From the NCBI GenBank assembly GCA_051362555.1, contig CM120644.1, forward strand, positions 1,496,954 through 1,560,953: 64,000 nucleotides of DNA, given 5' to 3'. A program made the position numbers and the translations under genes. Shown in pieces: positions 1 to 12,809 of this stretch. Below the pieces are notes generated by a model. It saw nothing but the letters and a program-made list of their open reading frames with translations, was not told where the DNA came from and searched no databases. How positions within the stretch are numbered: position 1 is the first letter of the stretch; every line of letters starts with the position of its first letter. Origin of the DNA: Lingula anatina (lineage: Eukaryota > Animalia > Brachiopoda).

Positions 1-237
1 AGAAAAACATGCTCCCCTGATTTTGAAGAACATCCGCAGGTTTGGCTGCCTTCTTAAGATACTCAGTCGACTCCACAGAGGTGGGATTTTTACAGAGGAA
101 GAAATCACAGCAATCCAGGAACCGGATCAAGGGAACAGACTTCAGAGTTACCTGAAGGGAAAAAACGATTTTGCTTTCTACCAGTTCTGTGGTGCTCTCC
201 ATGATAACGGGCATGCGCAGACAGCTCGGCTTCTGAG
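1..237 (+). CDS. Penultimate coding exon (5'-truncated by window) of an upstream ROCO paralogue; CARD-like death-fold domain
   Basis: Frame 2 reads EKHAPLILKNIRRFGCLLKILSRLHRGGIFTEEE...KNDFAFYQFCGALHDNGHAQTARLLR, homologous to exon 36054-36312 (shared AFYxFCGALHDNGH). Ends AG|GCAAGT (phase 2, GC donor at 238), the same position and phase as the paralogue's AG|GTAAAG. Confidence 0.8.
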
Positions 238-395
238 GCAAGTCTGCAAAATGAACTTCATCAAGCTTTTAAAATTGAATTACAGTTCACAAAATGTTAC
301 TGGTGTTAACTGACACCCGCTGCATTTATATCATTAACATTTGGCTTATAGTTGTACACGGGGTGTTGATATTTTCTTATTTAATTTTGAATTAG

Positions 396-636
396 GTTGC
401 CCGACTTGGCCATGGAGCTTCCAGAAGATGCACTCAGTGGGATATTGCATAGGCTTGTGGAGCAAAATGTGATAACACACCAGAACATGAAACACGTGTG
501 GCGGGAACCGATGAAGATGCAGAAAGTATCGACACTGCTGAGGAAATTACGGGAGGGCAAGCGTGACTACGAGGCAGAACGTGGCTTCAAGGAATTAAGG
601 GCCGCCATATATGACGAGGAAAGCAAATGGAAGTAA
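396..636 (+). CDS. Last coding exon of the upstream ROCO paralogue; second CARD-like/death-fold domain
   Basis: Acceptor ttag at 392-395, phase 2. Reads (R)LPDLAMELPEDALSGILHRL...KVSTLLRKLREGK...RGFKELRAAIYDEESKWK*, colinear with exon 36912-37161 (LPDMAVML...RVSALVKKLRENK...RAFGEFRDALYDE). Confidence 0.8.
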
Positions 637-889
637 TTATGTAAATGTAAATTTGACGCATTTATATCAATGTACATGCAGATATCCCACAAACGAAGAC
701 CACCCCACTCATGAACAACTGCCGCGTATATGTTGTACAATGTCATACATGTATATATTGTACAATGTTTTAACTGTATATATTATTGTACTATGCTGCA
801 GTATAAAGAGATGACTGTTTTTGCTATAGGCCCTGTAAAGGTTTCTAGAAGAATAGAATGATCACAAACGCGCGCAACTTTTTACATAT

Positions 890-891
<2 letters not shown>

Positions 892-955
<64 letters not shown>
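892..955. repeat. (TA)n microsatellite; similar tracts at about 3667-3733, 15882-15948, 22647-22682 and 40077-40147
   Basis: Pure TA dinucleotide runs read directly. Confidence 0.95.
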
Positions 956-958
<3 letters not shown>

Positions 959-1085
959 ATTATTAGAATCATATTGTATGTTGTATTTTGTATATCGCAT
1001 TTTATCCTGTTTCATAGGTGAGCTGCTGTCTTCGCCAAAGTCTCACGGACATGACATCACAGTCAACTACGGCGCCAACATAACA

Positions 1086-2330
1086 CTACAGGTAGACTGA
1101 AATTCACTGTATATGATATGTTTATATCTGTAGACATAACAGAATTGATATACAGGTAAACTGAAGTTCACTGTATATAATATGTTTATATCTGTAGACA
1201 TAACAGAATGGACAGGTAAACTGAAGTTCACTGTATATAATATGTATATATCTGTAGACATAACAGAATTGATATACAGGTAAACTGAAGTTCACTGTAT
1301 ATAATATGTTTATATCTGTAGACATAACAGAATTGACAGGTAAACTGAAGTTCACTGTATATAATATGTATATATCTGTAGACATAACAGAATTGATATA
1401 CAGGTAAACTGAAGTTCACTGTATATAATATGTATATATCTGTAGACATAACAGAATTGATGCTACAGGTAGACTGAAATTTACTGTATATAATATGTAT
1501 ACATGATATCTGTAGACATAAGACAAATATTGCAGCTACAGGTAAACTGAAGTTCACTGTATATAATATGTATATATCTGTAGACATAACAGAATTGATA
1601 CTACAGGTAGACTGCAATTTACTGTATATAATATGTATATATCTGTAGACATAACAGAATTGATACTACAGGTAAACTGAAGTTCACTGTATATAATATG
1701 TATACATGATATCTGTAGACATAAGACAAATATTGCAGCTACAGGTAAACTGAAGTTCACTGTATATAATATGTATATATCTGTAGACATAACAGAATTG
1801 ATACTACAGGTAAACTGAAGTTTACTGTATATAATATGTATATATCTGTAGACATAACAGAATTGATACTACAGGTAGACTGACATTCACTGTATATAAT
1901 ATGTATATATCTGTAGACATAACAGAATTGATACTACAGGTAAACTGAAGTTCACTGTATATAATATGTATATATCTGTAGACATAACAGAATTGATACT
2001 ACAGGTAGACTGAAGTTTACTGTATATAATATGTATATATCTGTAGACATGACAGAATTGATACTACAGGTAAACTGAAGTTCACTGTATATAATATGTA
2101 TATATCTGTAGACATAACAGAATTGATACTACAGGTAAACTGAAGTTTACTGTATATAATATGTATATATCTATAGACAAAGCAGAATTGATACTACAAG
2201 TGGACTGAGGATTTCTATATATAATATGTAGATCTATATATCTGTAGATATACAGAATCGATGCTACAGGTAGACTGGAGTTCACTGTATATAATATCCG
2301 TAGACATAACATAATTGATGCTACAAGAAG
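1086..2330. repeat. 65-bp minisatellite, about 19 units
   Basis: Unit ACTACAGGTAAACTGAAGTTCACTGTATATAATATGTATATATCTGTAGACATAACAGAATTGAT repeated in tandem with variants. Same family at 37733-38350. Confidence 0.92.
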
Positions 2331-3661
2331 AATACAGTCTACTATTTATAATATGTAAATAGCTGTTGAAAACAGAAATGATAGTGCAGGTAGCCAGAAG
2401 TTTACTGTATATAATATATCTGTATACAACAAAATTGCATTTTTGTTAGCAGATAAGAAGCAAATGAAACAAACCGATATAATGTTAATATCATTTGCCT
2501 TTGCTGATCCAAGCACTAAATTATCCAACTTGCAGTATCAGAGTTATTTAGATATAAATACTTAAAACGCCGCTAAATTGTGAATACTCGAAAGTTCAGC
2601 TTGACTGATTCTCCACTTTTGACTTGGGATTGTACACATGCTCTGAACTGTATACATCGAAAACATTTGTTATCTCAGGGATCAATATAGCCAGATTTTA
2701 TGTAGTGTCATTTAAAATCCGTGATGACTCTCTTTCAGCAAATGGTAAAAGAGGGTAATTTTTTCAACTGTATTTGCAATTTGAACAGAGTGGGCTCCAA
2801 TCACTAGTTTTTCTGCTTAATTAATGTTTGCAAACAATGCTTGGAAGAAAATAATGAAGTAAATCAAATTCCCATCACTTTAGTTAAATATGTCGTTTTG
2901 TGTGTTTTATAAAGTCAAAAAGCCATGAAGCCACTGGTATGGAAATAGGTATTTACGTAGCTTTTTCTTATACTGCTTTTAAAACCTATGCTAGCTTATT
3001 TTTCTAACCTCAAATACCCTATGTATTTTATATAGAGATTTTTTTGTGTTTGACATATTCATTTTAGTAGACTCCATAACTTTTCAGGTTATTAGGTTTC
3101 CCTCACGCCGTTTGCATTAGATTGTAGGCGACAATTTCAAAAAAGGATTTAAGTCAAAAGTATCAGTTTTAAGAAAACTTGGTCCAGATTTACACCGCAT
3201 TAAGAGGAGATCCTCAGTAAGCCTTGCAAGGATAGCTGTTATAGTAAAATTAAGAAATAATGAAGTTAGCGTTTACACAAATATTTGCATTAATGACTTT
3301 GATGGCACAGCTGGTACTGGCACGTATAACGAATTTTACATTATGTTATAGTAAACGTGATGTACCGTTGTAGTAGTTAAAATAGAACCGCATACAGTGG
3401 CATATTGTTTGGTGACTTTTGTGAACAGGGCGACTTGTAAACTGATACTCACATGTATTATCAGCCGGAAAACAACCAGATATATAAATTTGGAAAGTAC
3501 GGAGTCACATTTTTCTGGTTTCGTGCACACTGTTATGGCCTATTTATATACTTGTATATGTTTTACTTAAATTGATACACAATAAGATGTTAATGTACAT
3601 GTTTAGTTGCGCGGAGTCGCATATTATTTTGACATAATAGTTACATTACAAAATGAAATAC

Positions 3662-3737
<76 letters not shown>

Positions 3738-4420
3738 CCGTATGTGCATTTTATTCTGACTTTCAGAGCATGAAAATAAGTAGTAGGCTTAATTATAAAT
3801 TTATAAATACGGTCTTTTATCAGTCTAGAAATAGAAAAAGTGCCGCACTTCTAAGTCAAGATGTGTGATAGAAGTGGGTAGTTTCGTTTTTTTAAATAAA
3901 ATGGCAGGGGTTTTAAGTATAAACGAATTTTATCATTGGTCAGTGGAAATATGATTTTGGGGATTAAAGTGAATTTTATTTTATATATTCGCCATTGAAA
4001 GTATTTTAAATGATTTGGATAAGCTGTTTCTTATTTTAGTCACATTGACTGTCAGTGTTAATAAAGGACTAATGTATTGTATACAATTATATGTTTTTGC
4101 TTTTCTCTTTTTTGCATGTCTGAACCCTATACTGCAATTTCTATGTGACTAGCTCAACTGAAATTTAAGCGAAAAGGTTGATGGAAAAAATCTATAATCG
4201 GACTGTTTATCTACATTTACCATAACAAGCTTTAATGAAGCTGCTGATAATACTTGAGTCCAAAATTGGATATATTTTACCGACGAAGCGCTCAGATCAC
4301 ATTATCAATGGGGTATACCAGCCCGCTTGGCGCCAGGTGTCGCTAGTGTGAATTCAGTCCTTCCACAGTCGCCATTTTAGAAATAACATGTGTTGGACTG
4401 TGGCACTGGCCTTAATAAAC

Positions 4421-4516
4421 ATGCCTCAGTATTGTTGTGTACCTGAATGTCAAAGTCGGCAAGGTGGGCATAATTTTCCTGAGGATTCAGGGCTTCGTTT
4501 GAAGTGAAGGGTTGCC
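4421..4516 (+). pseudogene. THAP zinc-finger N-terminus of the transposase, truncated
   Basis: MPQYCCVPECQSRQGGHNFPEDSGLRLK*RVA fits the THAP pattern CxVPxC...HxFPxD..LRxxW; the conserved Trp codon is TGA. Confidence 0.75.
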
Positions 4517-5842
4517 CATGTCAACACACCTTCCATGTTAAAGGGACAGTTACAGCTTGACCCAGGCACAGTAATTAGGCCCCTAAAGATAGACGAGTTG
4601 CCTCAAAGAGAATACACGTAGAAAGGTTAATTGATCTTGGGAAAACTTATAAAGTTTTGGAAAGAGAGCTCCATAGCAAGAAAGTGCCCCTAGGAAGTAT
4701 GATTTATCAAATAAAGTGCGTTTTCTTATGTCCGCAATTTCAGAAGAGTTGTCAGTAAATATACATAAGCGCCGGTAGCCTACTACCCGCATACTGTAAG
4801 GTTGTGTTATTAAGTAATATCCTTTTTTATTGATGTATTGAGCATGGCCGGTAATGTTAATTAAGTAATTATTTTTATTTAAAATAATTATTCAGTCCAT
4901 CTTAAGAATCATAAAACTAGGTATAGTTAGATAATTTATTTGTGCATGTATAGGTGCAATTTCTCAGCCAATGAAATAATGCAGGTTTGGAAATATTTTT
5001 GTAACAGTTTAAGAAATAAAATTTAAAGAAAGAAAACATTTTATAAATGAACAGTTTTTTTTTTCTTTTTTACAAGATAGCACTTCTGAATTGTTTTACT
5101 TGAATAGAAACACCATATTATTTCATCGCTCTGAAAATTCATTAAAAAGCAGCAAAACCAAATATTTCATTTAAAAAAAATTATTATTCAGTCCATAGTA
5201 AGAACCATGAAAGCATGTAATACTTAGATAATTTATTTGTGCAATAACCTTTCTTAATATATAGCTGCAATTTCTCAGCCAATGGATTACTGTAGGTATG
5301 GAAAACTTTTTGTAACAGTTTAAGAAATAAAATTTAAAGAAAGCAAACATTTTACAAATGAACACAGTTTTTTGTTCCTTTTTACAAAATAGTACTTATG
5401 AATTATTTTACTTGAATAGAACCACCATTCTTTAAAAAGCAGAAGAATGAAAAATTCTTCAAAAAGCAGAAAAACCAAATTATTTGCTGTAAATACAACT
5501 ATTAAATTATTTCATCCCACTAAAAATACTTTACAAAATAGCATCATAGGTTTTTTTTCATTATAGTTAAATATTATTAAAAATGGCATAAACACATAAG
5601 TACTTTTTGTAAAGAATATAGCACCACCAAATTATTTAATTACTGTAAAAAATGAAAAAAAAACAGCTTAATCATATTTGTTCTGTATTGTAAATAATAT
5701 AGCATCATAAAATTATTTCATTGCACTAAAAATGCTTTAAAGATTGCACCACCAAATTATTTCATTTTAGTTAAAACATTTTTTTTAAATGGCACTTCAA
5801 AATTGTGATTGCAGCTAAAACCATCTCATACAGGGGTACTTT

Positions 5843-8800
5843 CTATAAACTAGCTGACACATACTTCCTATAGTGTTTTTCATTAAATAAAGTTATCCTG
5901 GGCAAAATGCATGTAGAAAAATATCCAGTGTCAGAATGGATCAACCCCACAAACAGATCTTTGAATGTAAACGCAACAAAATAGCAGAATGGGCGATTTG
6001 TAATGAACATCTGGCCTTCTAACTGAATATAGTATTTGCGGGTTTTCTTTAGGCCCAGATGCGTGCACGAGATACACATTCCAAAAAGGGGAAATCAGGT
6101 CCGGTGTACCATGAAAATCTGACTCCCCTAAAATGTGACTCCCCAGTCAGATTTTCATTATGAAAATCTGACTCCCCAGTCAGATTTTCATAATGAAAAT
6201 CTGACTCCCCCTATGAAATTTTGACCCCCCCCCCAAAAAAAAAAACATTCATTAATCTCATTTTATTTGAGTAAATGACTATGATTTTGTAATATGCATA
6301 ATGGATGATACATTGGCACTTTTTTGTAGTTTGCAAGTGAAAATTTTCATAAAAAAAAGAAAATTAAAAATGTGCACATATTGAAAATGTGGTTCCCCTA
6401 TGAAAATTTGACTCCCCTACAAAAAAACATTCATTAATCTCTAATTAATTTAGTATATGACTGTGATCTTGTAGTATGTAAAATGGTTGATACATTGGCA
6501 CATTATTTGTAGTTTGCAGTGAGAATTTTAATGAAAAAATAAGAAAATTAAAAATGAGCACCTAATGAAAATCTGACTCCACCATGAAAATTTGACTCCC
6601 CCTCCACAAAACTTCATAAATCTTATTTTATTTTGAGTATATAACTGTGATCTTGTAGCATGTAAAATGGTTGATACATTGGCACATTTTTTGTAGTTTG
6701 CAGTGAAAATTTTAATGAAAAAATGATAAAATTAAAAATGTGCACATAATGAAAATCTGACTCCCCCATGAAAATTTGACTCCCCCACCACAAAACTTCA
6801 TAAATCTTATTTTATTTTGAGTATATGACTGTGATCCTGTAGCATGTAAAATGGTTGATACATTGGCATATTTTTTGTAGTTTGCAGTGAAAATTTTAAT
6901 GAAAAAATGAGAAAATTAAAAATGTGCACATAATGAAAATCTGACTCCCCCATGAAAATATGACTCCCCCTCCACAAAACTTCATAAATCTTATTTTATT
7001 TTGAGTATACGACTGTGATCTTGTAGTATGGAAAATGGATGATACATTGGCACATTTTTTTGTAGTTTGCAGTGAAAATTTTAATGAAAAAATAAGAAAA
7101 TTGAAAATGTGCACGTGGTTAAAAAATTGAGAGAAAAAAGTAATAAAACACATGAAAATAATAAAAATTAAGGATTTGTTTTCTAACACCCAATGGCTCC
7201 CCTATAAAAAGCTATTTATTTGATGTTTGATGATCATTCTGACAACTTTTCTTTTATGATACTTTATTGGAAATATTTAAAAGTTTTATGGTAAAATACT
7301 GCGTGAAAATAAATGAAAAATGGATAATAAATTTGCATTCTTGTACTGCCACAGGTAGGACCTGGAGCACTGAAATTTTCTAATGCTAAAAATGAAATAT
7401 GAAACATTTTGACAAGGTAATCCTACAGGTAGTAAGATGAATTCCTTTCGAAAACATACTCAATTTTGACAAAAGTTTTCACCACCAAACTTTCAAATGT
7501 GATAAGACTGTGACATGCTTGGTGGTAGCTTATTCATATGTCGTAGCTTAAAGGAAAAAATATTAAATATGAAACATTTGATTTGTAAGATGGGTCGTCA
7601 AAGTCCTATGGGCACAAGAATGCATACTTATTATCCTTTTTGCTTAATTAAGCCCATCTTTCATCCAGCTTTGGGGAAAATAATGGGAAAACAAAAGCAA
7701 GTGTTTTGTTGGGTATGCTATATAAGAAGAATTAAATAAAAAGGCGATGGGGCCAATTTCTTGTGTTAAAAATGTAGTGTTTTGAAATGGGAGTGCAAAA
7801 CCTACAAGAATAAAGATGGATACTTGTTTTAAAAATATTGACCAAAATTTTCATCATCAAACTTTCAAATAATGACAAAATATCCATCTCTATGCAAACT
7901 ATGTGGAAAACAGTGGTATGGTGACTGAATATAAAATAGGTCCTTTTCTCCATGGGAGTCCAAATCTCATGGGTGTAAAAATAAAGATCTTCATGATTTC
8001 TTTTTCATGCTTTCACTATTTTATCATCAAACCTTTAAATATTTCCAACATATTTTTCATAAAGTATCCTAAAAGAAAAGGTGTTGAAATGATCATCAAA
8101 TATTAAATAACTTTTTCATAGGGGTGAGAATAGGCGATTAAGTGGACATTTTTAATTTTCTTATTTTTTCATGAAAATTTTCACCTGCAAATTACAAAAA
8201 AGCGCCAATGTATCCTCCATTTCACATACTACAAGATCACAGTCACATACTCAAAATAAAATAAGATTTATGAAGTTTTGTGGAGAGGCAGTCATATTTT
8301 CATGGGGGAGTCAGATTTTCATTATTTGCTCATTTTTAATTTTCTTACTTTTTCACATAATTTTTCACCTGCAAACTACAAAAAATGTGCCAATGTATCC
8401 TCCATTGTACATTATACAAGATCACAGACATACTCAAAATAAAATAAGTTTTATGAAGTTTTGTGGAGGGGGAGTCAAATTTTCATGGGGGAGTCAGATT
8501 TTCATTATGTGCAAATTTTTAATTTTCTCATTTTTTCATTAAAATTTCCACTGCAAACTACAAAAAATGTGCCAATGTATCAACTATTTTACTTACTACA
8601 AGATCAGAGACATATACCCAAAATAAAATAAGGTTTATGAAGTTTTATGATGGGGGAGTCAAATTTTCACGGGGGAGTCAGATTTTCATTTTGTGCACAT
8701 TTTTAATTTTCTTTATTTTTCATTAAAATTTTCACCTTCAAACTACAACAAATGTGCCAATGTATCCTCCATTTTACATACTACAAGATCACAGACATGT

Positions 8801-10062
8801 ACCCAACATAAAATAAGATTTATAAAGTTTTATGATGGGGGAGTCAAATTTTCATGGGGGAGTCAGATTTTCATTATGTGCTCATTTTTAATTTTCTTAT
8901 TTTTTCATTAAAATTTTCACTGCAAACTACAAAAAATGTGCCAGTCTATCCTCCTTTTTACATACTACAAGATCACAGTCATATACTCAAATAAAATAAG
9001 ATTTATGAACTTTTGTGGAGGGGGAGTCAAATTTTCATGGGGGGAGTCAGATTTTCATTATGAAAATCTGACTGGGGAGTCACATTTTCATAATGAAAAT
9101 CTGACTGGGGAGTCACATTTTCATGGGAGTCACATTTTCATGTTACACCGGGTCCAACTGTAATGTGTTTGCAATGGTTTTGGACACAACAACGATTCAT
9201 ACAGTTTGTTCATATACTTCTTCTCTGTAGCTGCCATTATCTCTCCAAATCTGGAAGCAGTGATCCCCTATTGTCTCTCCTTGTGTCAGATCGCGCTCTT
9301 TCCTTGTTATAACTTGCTATGCTCAGTGTCCTTCGCTGTTTGTTCCTCAACCTGAAATATTCATATCCCATTAAAGCATGGTAGATGGTTACAGCATTAA
9401 ATAGTTTAGATACAATATTATAATTCTATGATGTCACACATCACCTAGTTTGATAATTCTTTATCATATTTGGGCCTGATTCTTAATATTAGACCTCTGT
9501 TTTCACTTACATCATTCCCTCTATCCATGCTTTATTCTTTTCATGGCACTTGGCAATAGTTGTTGTCCATCACAGCCGCCTGTATTAGGGTGGCTACATC
9601 AATCTTTGCCGTTGATGTGAAGTGATAGGTAAGATTCCTGAAGTAATCATTTTATCCTGCTCTTGAAGTTGGCTGTCCTGGGGTCCTGAAATCGACAGTT
9701 TCAGGCTTTGCCCCCAATATATGGGCCTTCTTTGGGTAACCTTATAAAGAAAATAAATAAGTACATTTACTAAGTATTAAAAATCTTCGTCTTTCGTGCT
9801 ACTAAAAAAAATATGAGCGTAGGCCTACTCGTACCTACAGTAGTCTACATGTACATAACATGTCAGATTTGACACACACACCTCGACTAATCTTTGATTT
9901 TTTCAAGGAAAATAGTTAGCATTCGTGTTTTTCAAGCACTAAATGAAAAGAAAACACATACCTTTCAGTCAATTCACATTTTCATCCAGATGTTATGGCA
10001 CCACATTCAAGTAAATTGCGTTTGAGTTGGTTCACTGTCAGCGACGCGTGCACACGCTCCAT
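5843..10062 (-). pseudogene. Spliced SAP-domain plus YqaJ/lambda-exonuclease-family pseudogene, interrupted by a foldback element
   Basis: 10062-9962: MERVHASLTVNQLKRNLLECGAITSG*KCELTER then a GT donor (SAP-like). About 9290-9160: *HKERQ*GITASRFGEIM (YqaJ motif I). 6100-5843: PDFPFLE...LKKTRKYYIQLEGQMFITNRPFCYFVAFT (YqaJ C-terminal YYxQxQGQM motif). Stops and frameshifts throughout. Confidence 0.78.
6101..9151. mobile_element. Non-autonomous foldback element (about 3.05 kb) with arms built from about 184-bp tandem units
   Basis: Ends CCGGTGTACCATGAAAATCTGACTCCC ... GGGAGTCACATTTTCATGTTACACCGG. TSD is GT (or GGTC if the ends are trimmed by 1 nt). About 5 units at 6150-7110 are mirrored at 8140-9100. 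Removing it restores the YqaJ reading ITVGPDFPFLE. Confidence 0.85.
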
Positions 10063-10872
10063 GTTAAACTGTGGTGTAAAGCCGTGAGCGAGATTCTGCG
10101 AGATTTTAGAAGGACTGCTTTCACCCCCACGCCATCTAGCGGCAGACCCTCAAAGCTGGCATTCCCCATTAATTAGATGTTTGTGAAGTTGGCCTATTTC
10201 ACTGCTCTGGGGGTTGCAATGGAGACTAAAACCAGCCCTGCGCTGAATCCACAATAAACATGTTAAATAGTAAAAGAACAGAAGGTCATTAAAAAAACAT
10301 TACTGCACTCATGGTCCACACTTTTGGACATCTTTGCATTGGAAAACTGAGACCACATCCACTAGGACTGCGAGAGCTATAGTCTGTTTTAATTTTTTTG
10401 AAAAACAAAACATTCTCAGTTGTTTTTAAGGACGTCATCTACATGTAGAGCGACAAGTCTACATCCGACAGTTGAGAATACAGACCGTGAGGGAACGGTC
10501 AAGAGCATCTCTTGAGCACATGACTTAAGTCCATTGAATTTGTTGTCTCTGGCTATATGTTCACAACCAAGTTAAGCAGGGCCTGAGCCACGGTGCGACC
10601 CGCGAATCACGATGAGTTACGTTTAGAAAGGCTGTACGTCACCCCGCCACAGTAACACTACAGTACATGTATAAGTACAGTACGTACATGCAGCAGTACA
10701 TTAAAATTATGCTGCACTATTTTTTTTAATTCATCCTCATGAAGGACAATGTTGTATACGTTGTAAAAAATCGTAAAATCGACTAGATTGGTTTCTTCTG
10801 TAGCAGACATTTGCGTCTGCCTCTTAAACTACCGCCTTTCGAATTTCCACTAAGCAGATCGAAATGACGAAG

Positions 10873-11754
10873 TTTAATTAGGATTCCCCATAGGGGAATA
10901 CTATTGTTTTTCATGTTATTAGGATTTCCCATAGGGAAATACTATTGTTTTTCCTGTTCTTATTATTATTTTTCGTCAAAAAATTTCTTTCTAAAATTCT
11001 GAAAAAAATTCATACTGATAGCCTATGGAAAGTTATTCCGGTCCACCCAATTTTTTTGACCTTGACCTAATTTTCAAGGTCACAGAGTCTTTTAAAGTGA
11101 AAATTTTGCAAATTTTAAAATGCAATATCTCTTAGAATTTTCAACAATTTGACAAATCCTTTCAAAGATGAGGTCACACAATAATTTTATATCAAGTGAC
11201 CTAATTTTAGGAAAGTAGGTCAAGTCAAGGTAAACCTATAGCAAAATATGCTCCAGGTGGTTGACACTCGGCGGGGGGTAAACCAGATGTCACAGAGCCA
11301 CAAAGATGATGTAAAAAGTTGCCCTAGATATATATCCAGTGCAGTCGCTAATAATATTGACAATTGACTGATTAGTTTTTTTAATGTAGATTTTTTAATT
11401 TTAATAATTTCACAGAAATAGTGACTTTGTCAATTTCTCCATGAAATCCTGATTTTTTGTGATAATATGCTATAGAAAACTACCCCAAACATATACCCAA
11501 TACCCCCAAATCAAATGTCAAATTTGACCTTGACCCTCATTTCAAGGACATTCGGCTATTTCATGGAGAAATATTGAAGTGGGCTAAAAGTGATATTTTG
11601 TTGAACCCCCCCCCCCCCCCCAATTCGCACATGTTCTTTCAGAATACGGGGTCAAATTTAACTCATGACCTTCACATGACCTTGTAAGAGCATTTCCACA
11701 CCTATTTTGCAGAGGAATCCTCCGCCACTGGCTTTAGCCAGTTGCAGTCTAGTT
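10873..11754 (+). mobile_element. Helentron-associated (HINE/DINE-like) non-autonomous element
   Basis: Duplicated 5' AGGATTCCCCATAGGGGAATACTATTG motif, internal TGACCTTGAC motifs, 3' complementary GGAATCCT, hairpin ACTGGCT-TT-AGCCAGT, ending CTAGTT. Confidence 0.6.
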
Positions 11755-12517
11755 CTTTTTGATTTCTCTCACGCAAACTATCTGAACTGATACTATTTTA
11801 AAAGTTTGACTTTTCTGCGCCTCTCACGTTTTACGTCTATAATGGGAGTTGAAGTTTGTTTTGAAAAGTGGGAGGGGGGTGGAGGGGTTGCCCCGTTTCT
11901 ACCCCAGAAAACAGTGTGACAATACTACAACAAACACTTTGTGGTGATATGTGATTCATAAAATCATGTATTTCCTACAATATTACACCCACTTTTACAC
12001 TTATATCTCACAGCTCTTTAGAGCGACCAATACCTAGGACTAACAAGGGAGCAAAGAGATCCCCACTCTGCCCCATTTCTGAACCCCTTAAGAAATGGTC
12101 CGCTTTACTATAACAGCCGTGATTTGACGATCCCTTCTATAGACCTCATATGATAATCATAAATGTGCCTTTTCAAAGCATCCAAGCTTCGCCGTATGGA
12201 ATGTCTATTACATAAGATGTAACATGTTATATATTTTATTAGGTGTAATTATTTTTCCTTGCTGCATGTATTCCGGATTCAAAATTAAGATATCTGTATC
12301 ACCGTATAAAATTGCTTAATTCACACCACGAGCTTAAATACTTTTTCTTTTAAATCACAAACTCAATAAACAAGTGAATTAAATTTTCCTACTTCATCTT
12401 AGATAACGTTATCTGCCCCTGCGAAAATCTGTTTCATTTAACGTTCACTTACGAGCTAAACACTTTTTTTACAGAGTGGGGTGTACGACATCATTGGGGG
12501 GTAATATCACAGCTAAT

Positions 12518-12809
12518 AGCTGGGTAGATCCAGAGATATTTTCTGACAATCTTCCAAATTATTATTCATGAGCCATCCTCCATTTTTCTGACCGTCTTTC
12601 TACAGAATAAATTAGATGCACGTCAATGTAAACTTGGAAATCTCTGGCCGAGATATTTTCTGACAGTCTTCCAAATTATCTTTCTTGAGCCATCCTCCAT
12701 TTTTCTGACAGTCTTCCTACGGAAAAAAAATAGATACACGTCAATGTAAGCTTGGAAATCTCTGACCATCTATCGGAAGACCAAGAAGACGGTCTCCATC
12801 CGCCCCTGG
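12518..12809. mobile_element. Short dispersed MITE-like repeat with internal duplication; related copy at about 43502-43668
   Basis: GAGATATTTTCTGACA...CATCCTCCATTT...AGAAGAYGGTCTC...CCRCCCCT is present at both loci; the core occurs twice here. Confidence 0.5.

Larger units (their letters stand above)
4310..10167. mobile_element. Degenerate ISL2EU-type (PIF/Harbinger-related) DNA transposon with THAP and SAP/YqaJ exonuclease remnants
   Basis: TIRs GGGGTATACCAGC ... GCTGGCATTCCCC (11/13 match) with AT on both sides (4308-4309, 10168-10169). The paralogous flank at about 40715 is an empty site. Convergent THAP (+) and SAP-YqaJ (-) remnants match the known ISL2EU gene pair. Confidence 0.8.
1000..10790 (+). 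repeat. Duplicated 3' flank, copy A (1000-4309 plus 10168-10790), homologous to about 37585-41350
   Basis: Colinear sequence after each ROCO paralogue: acceptor-like site, 65-bp minisatellite, (TA)n, then near-identical unique sequence (e.g. 3440-4300 vs 39850-40715). Copy A is split by the 4310-10167 transposon. Confidence 0.88.

Noticed and set aside
1067-2312. ORFs with MSTDIYILYTVNFSLPV repeats
   Set aside because: Translations of the 65-bp minisatellite; the frame shifts every unit.
6896-9163. Repeated KFCGGGVKFSWGSQIF ORFs
   Set aside because: Translations of the foldback arm units, appearing on both strands.
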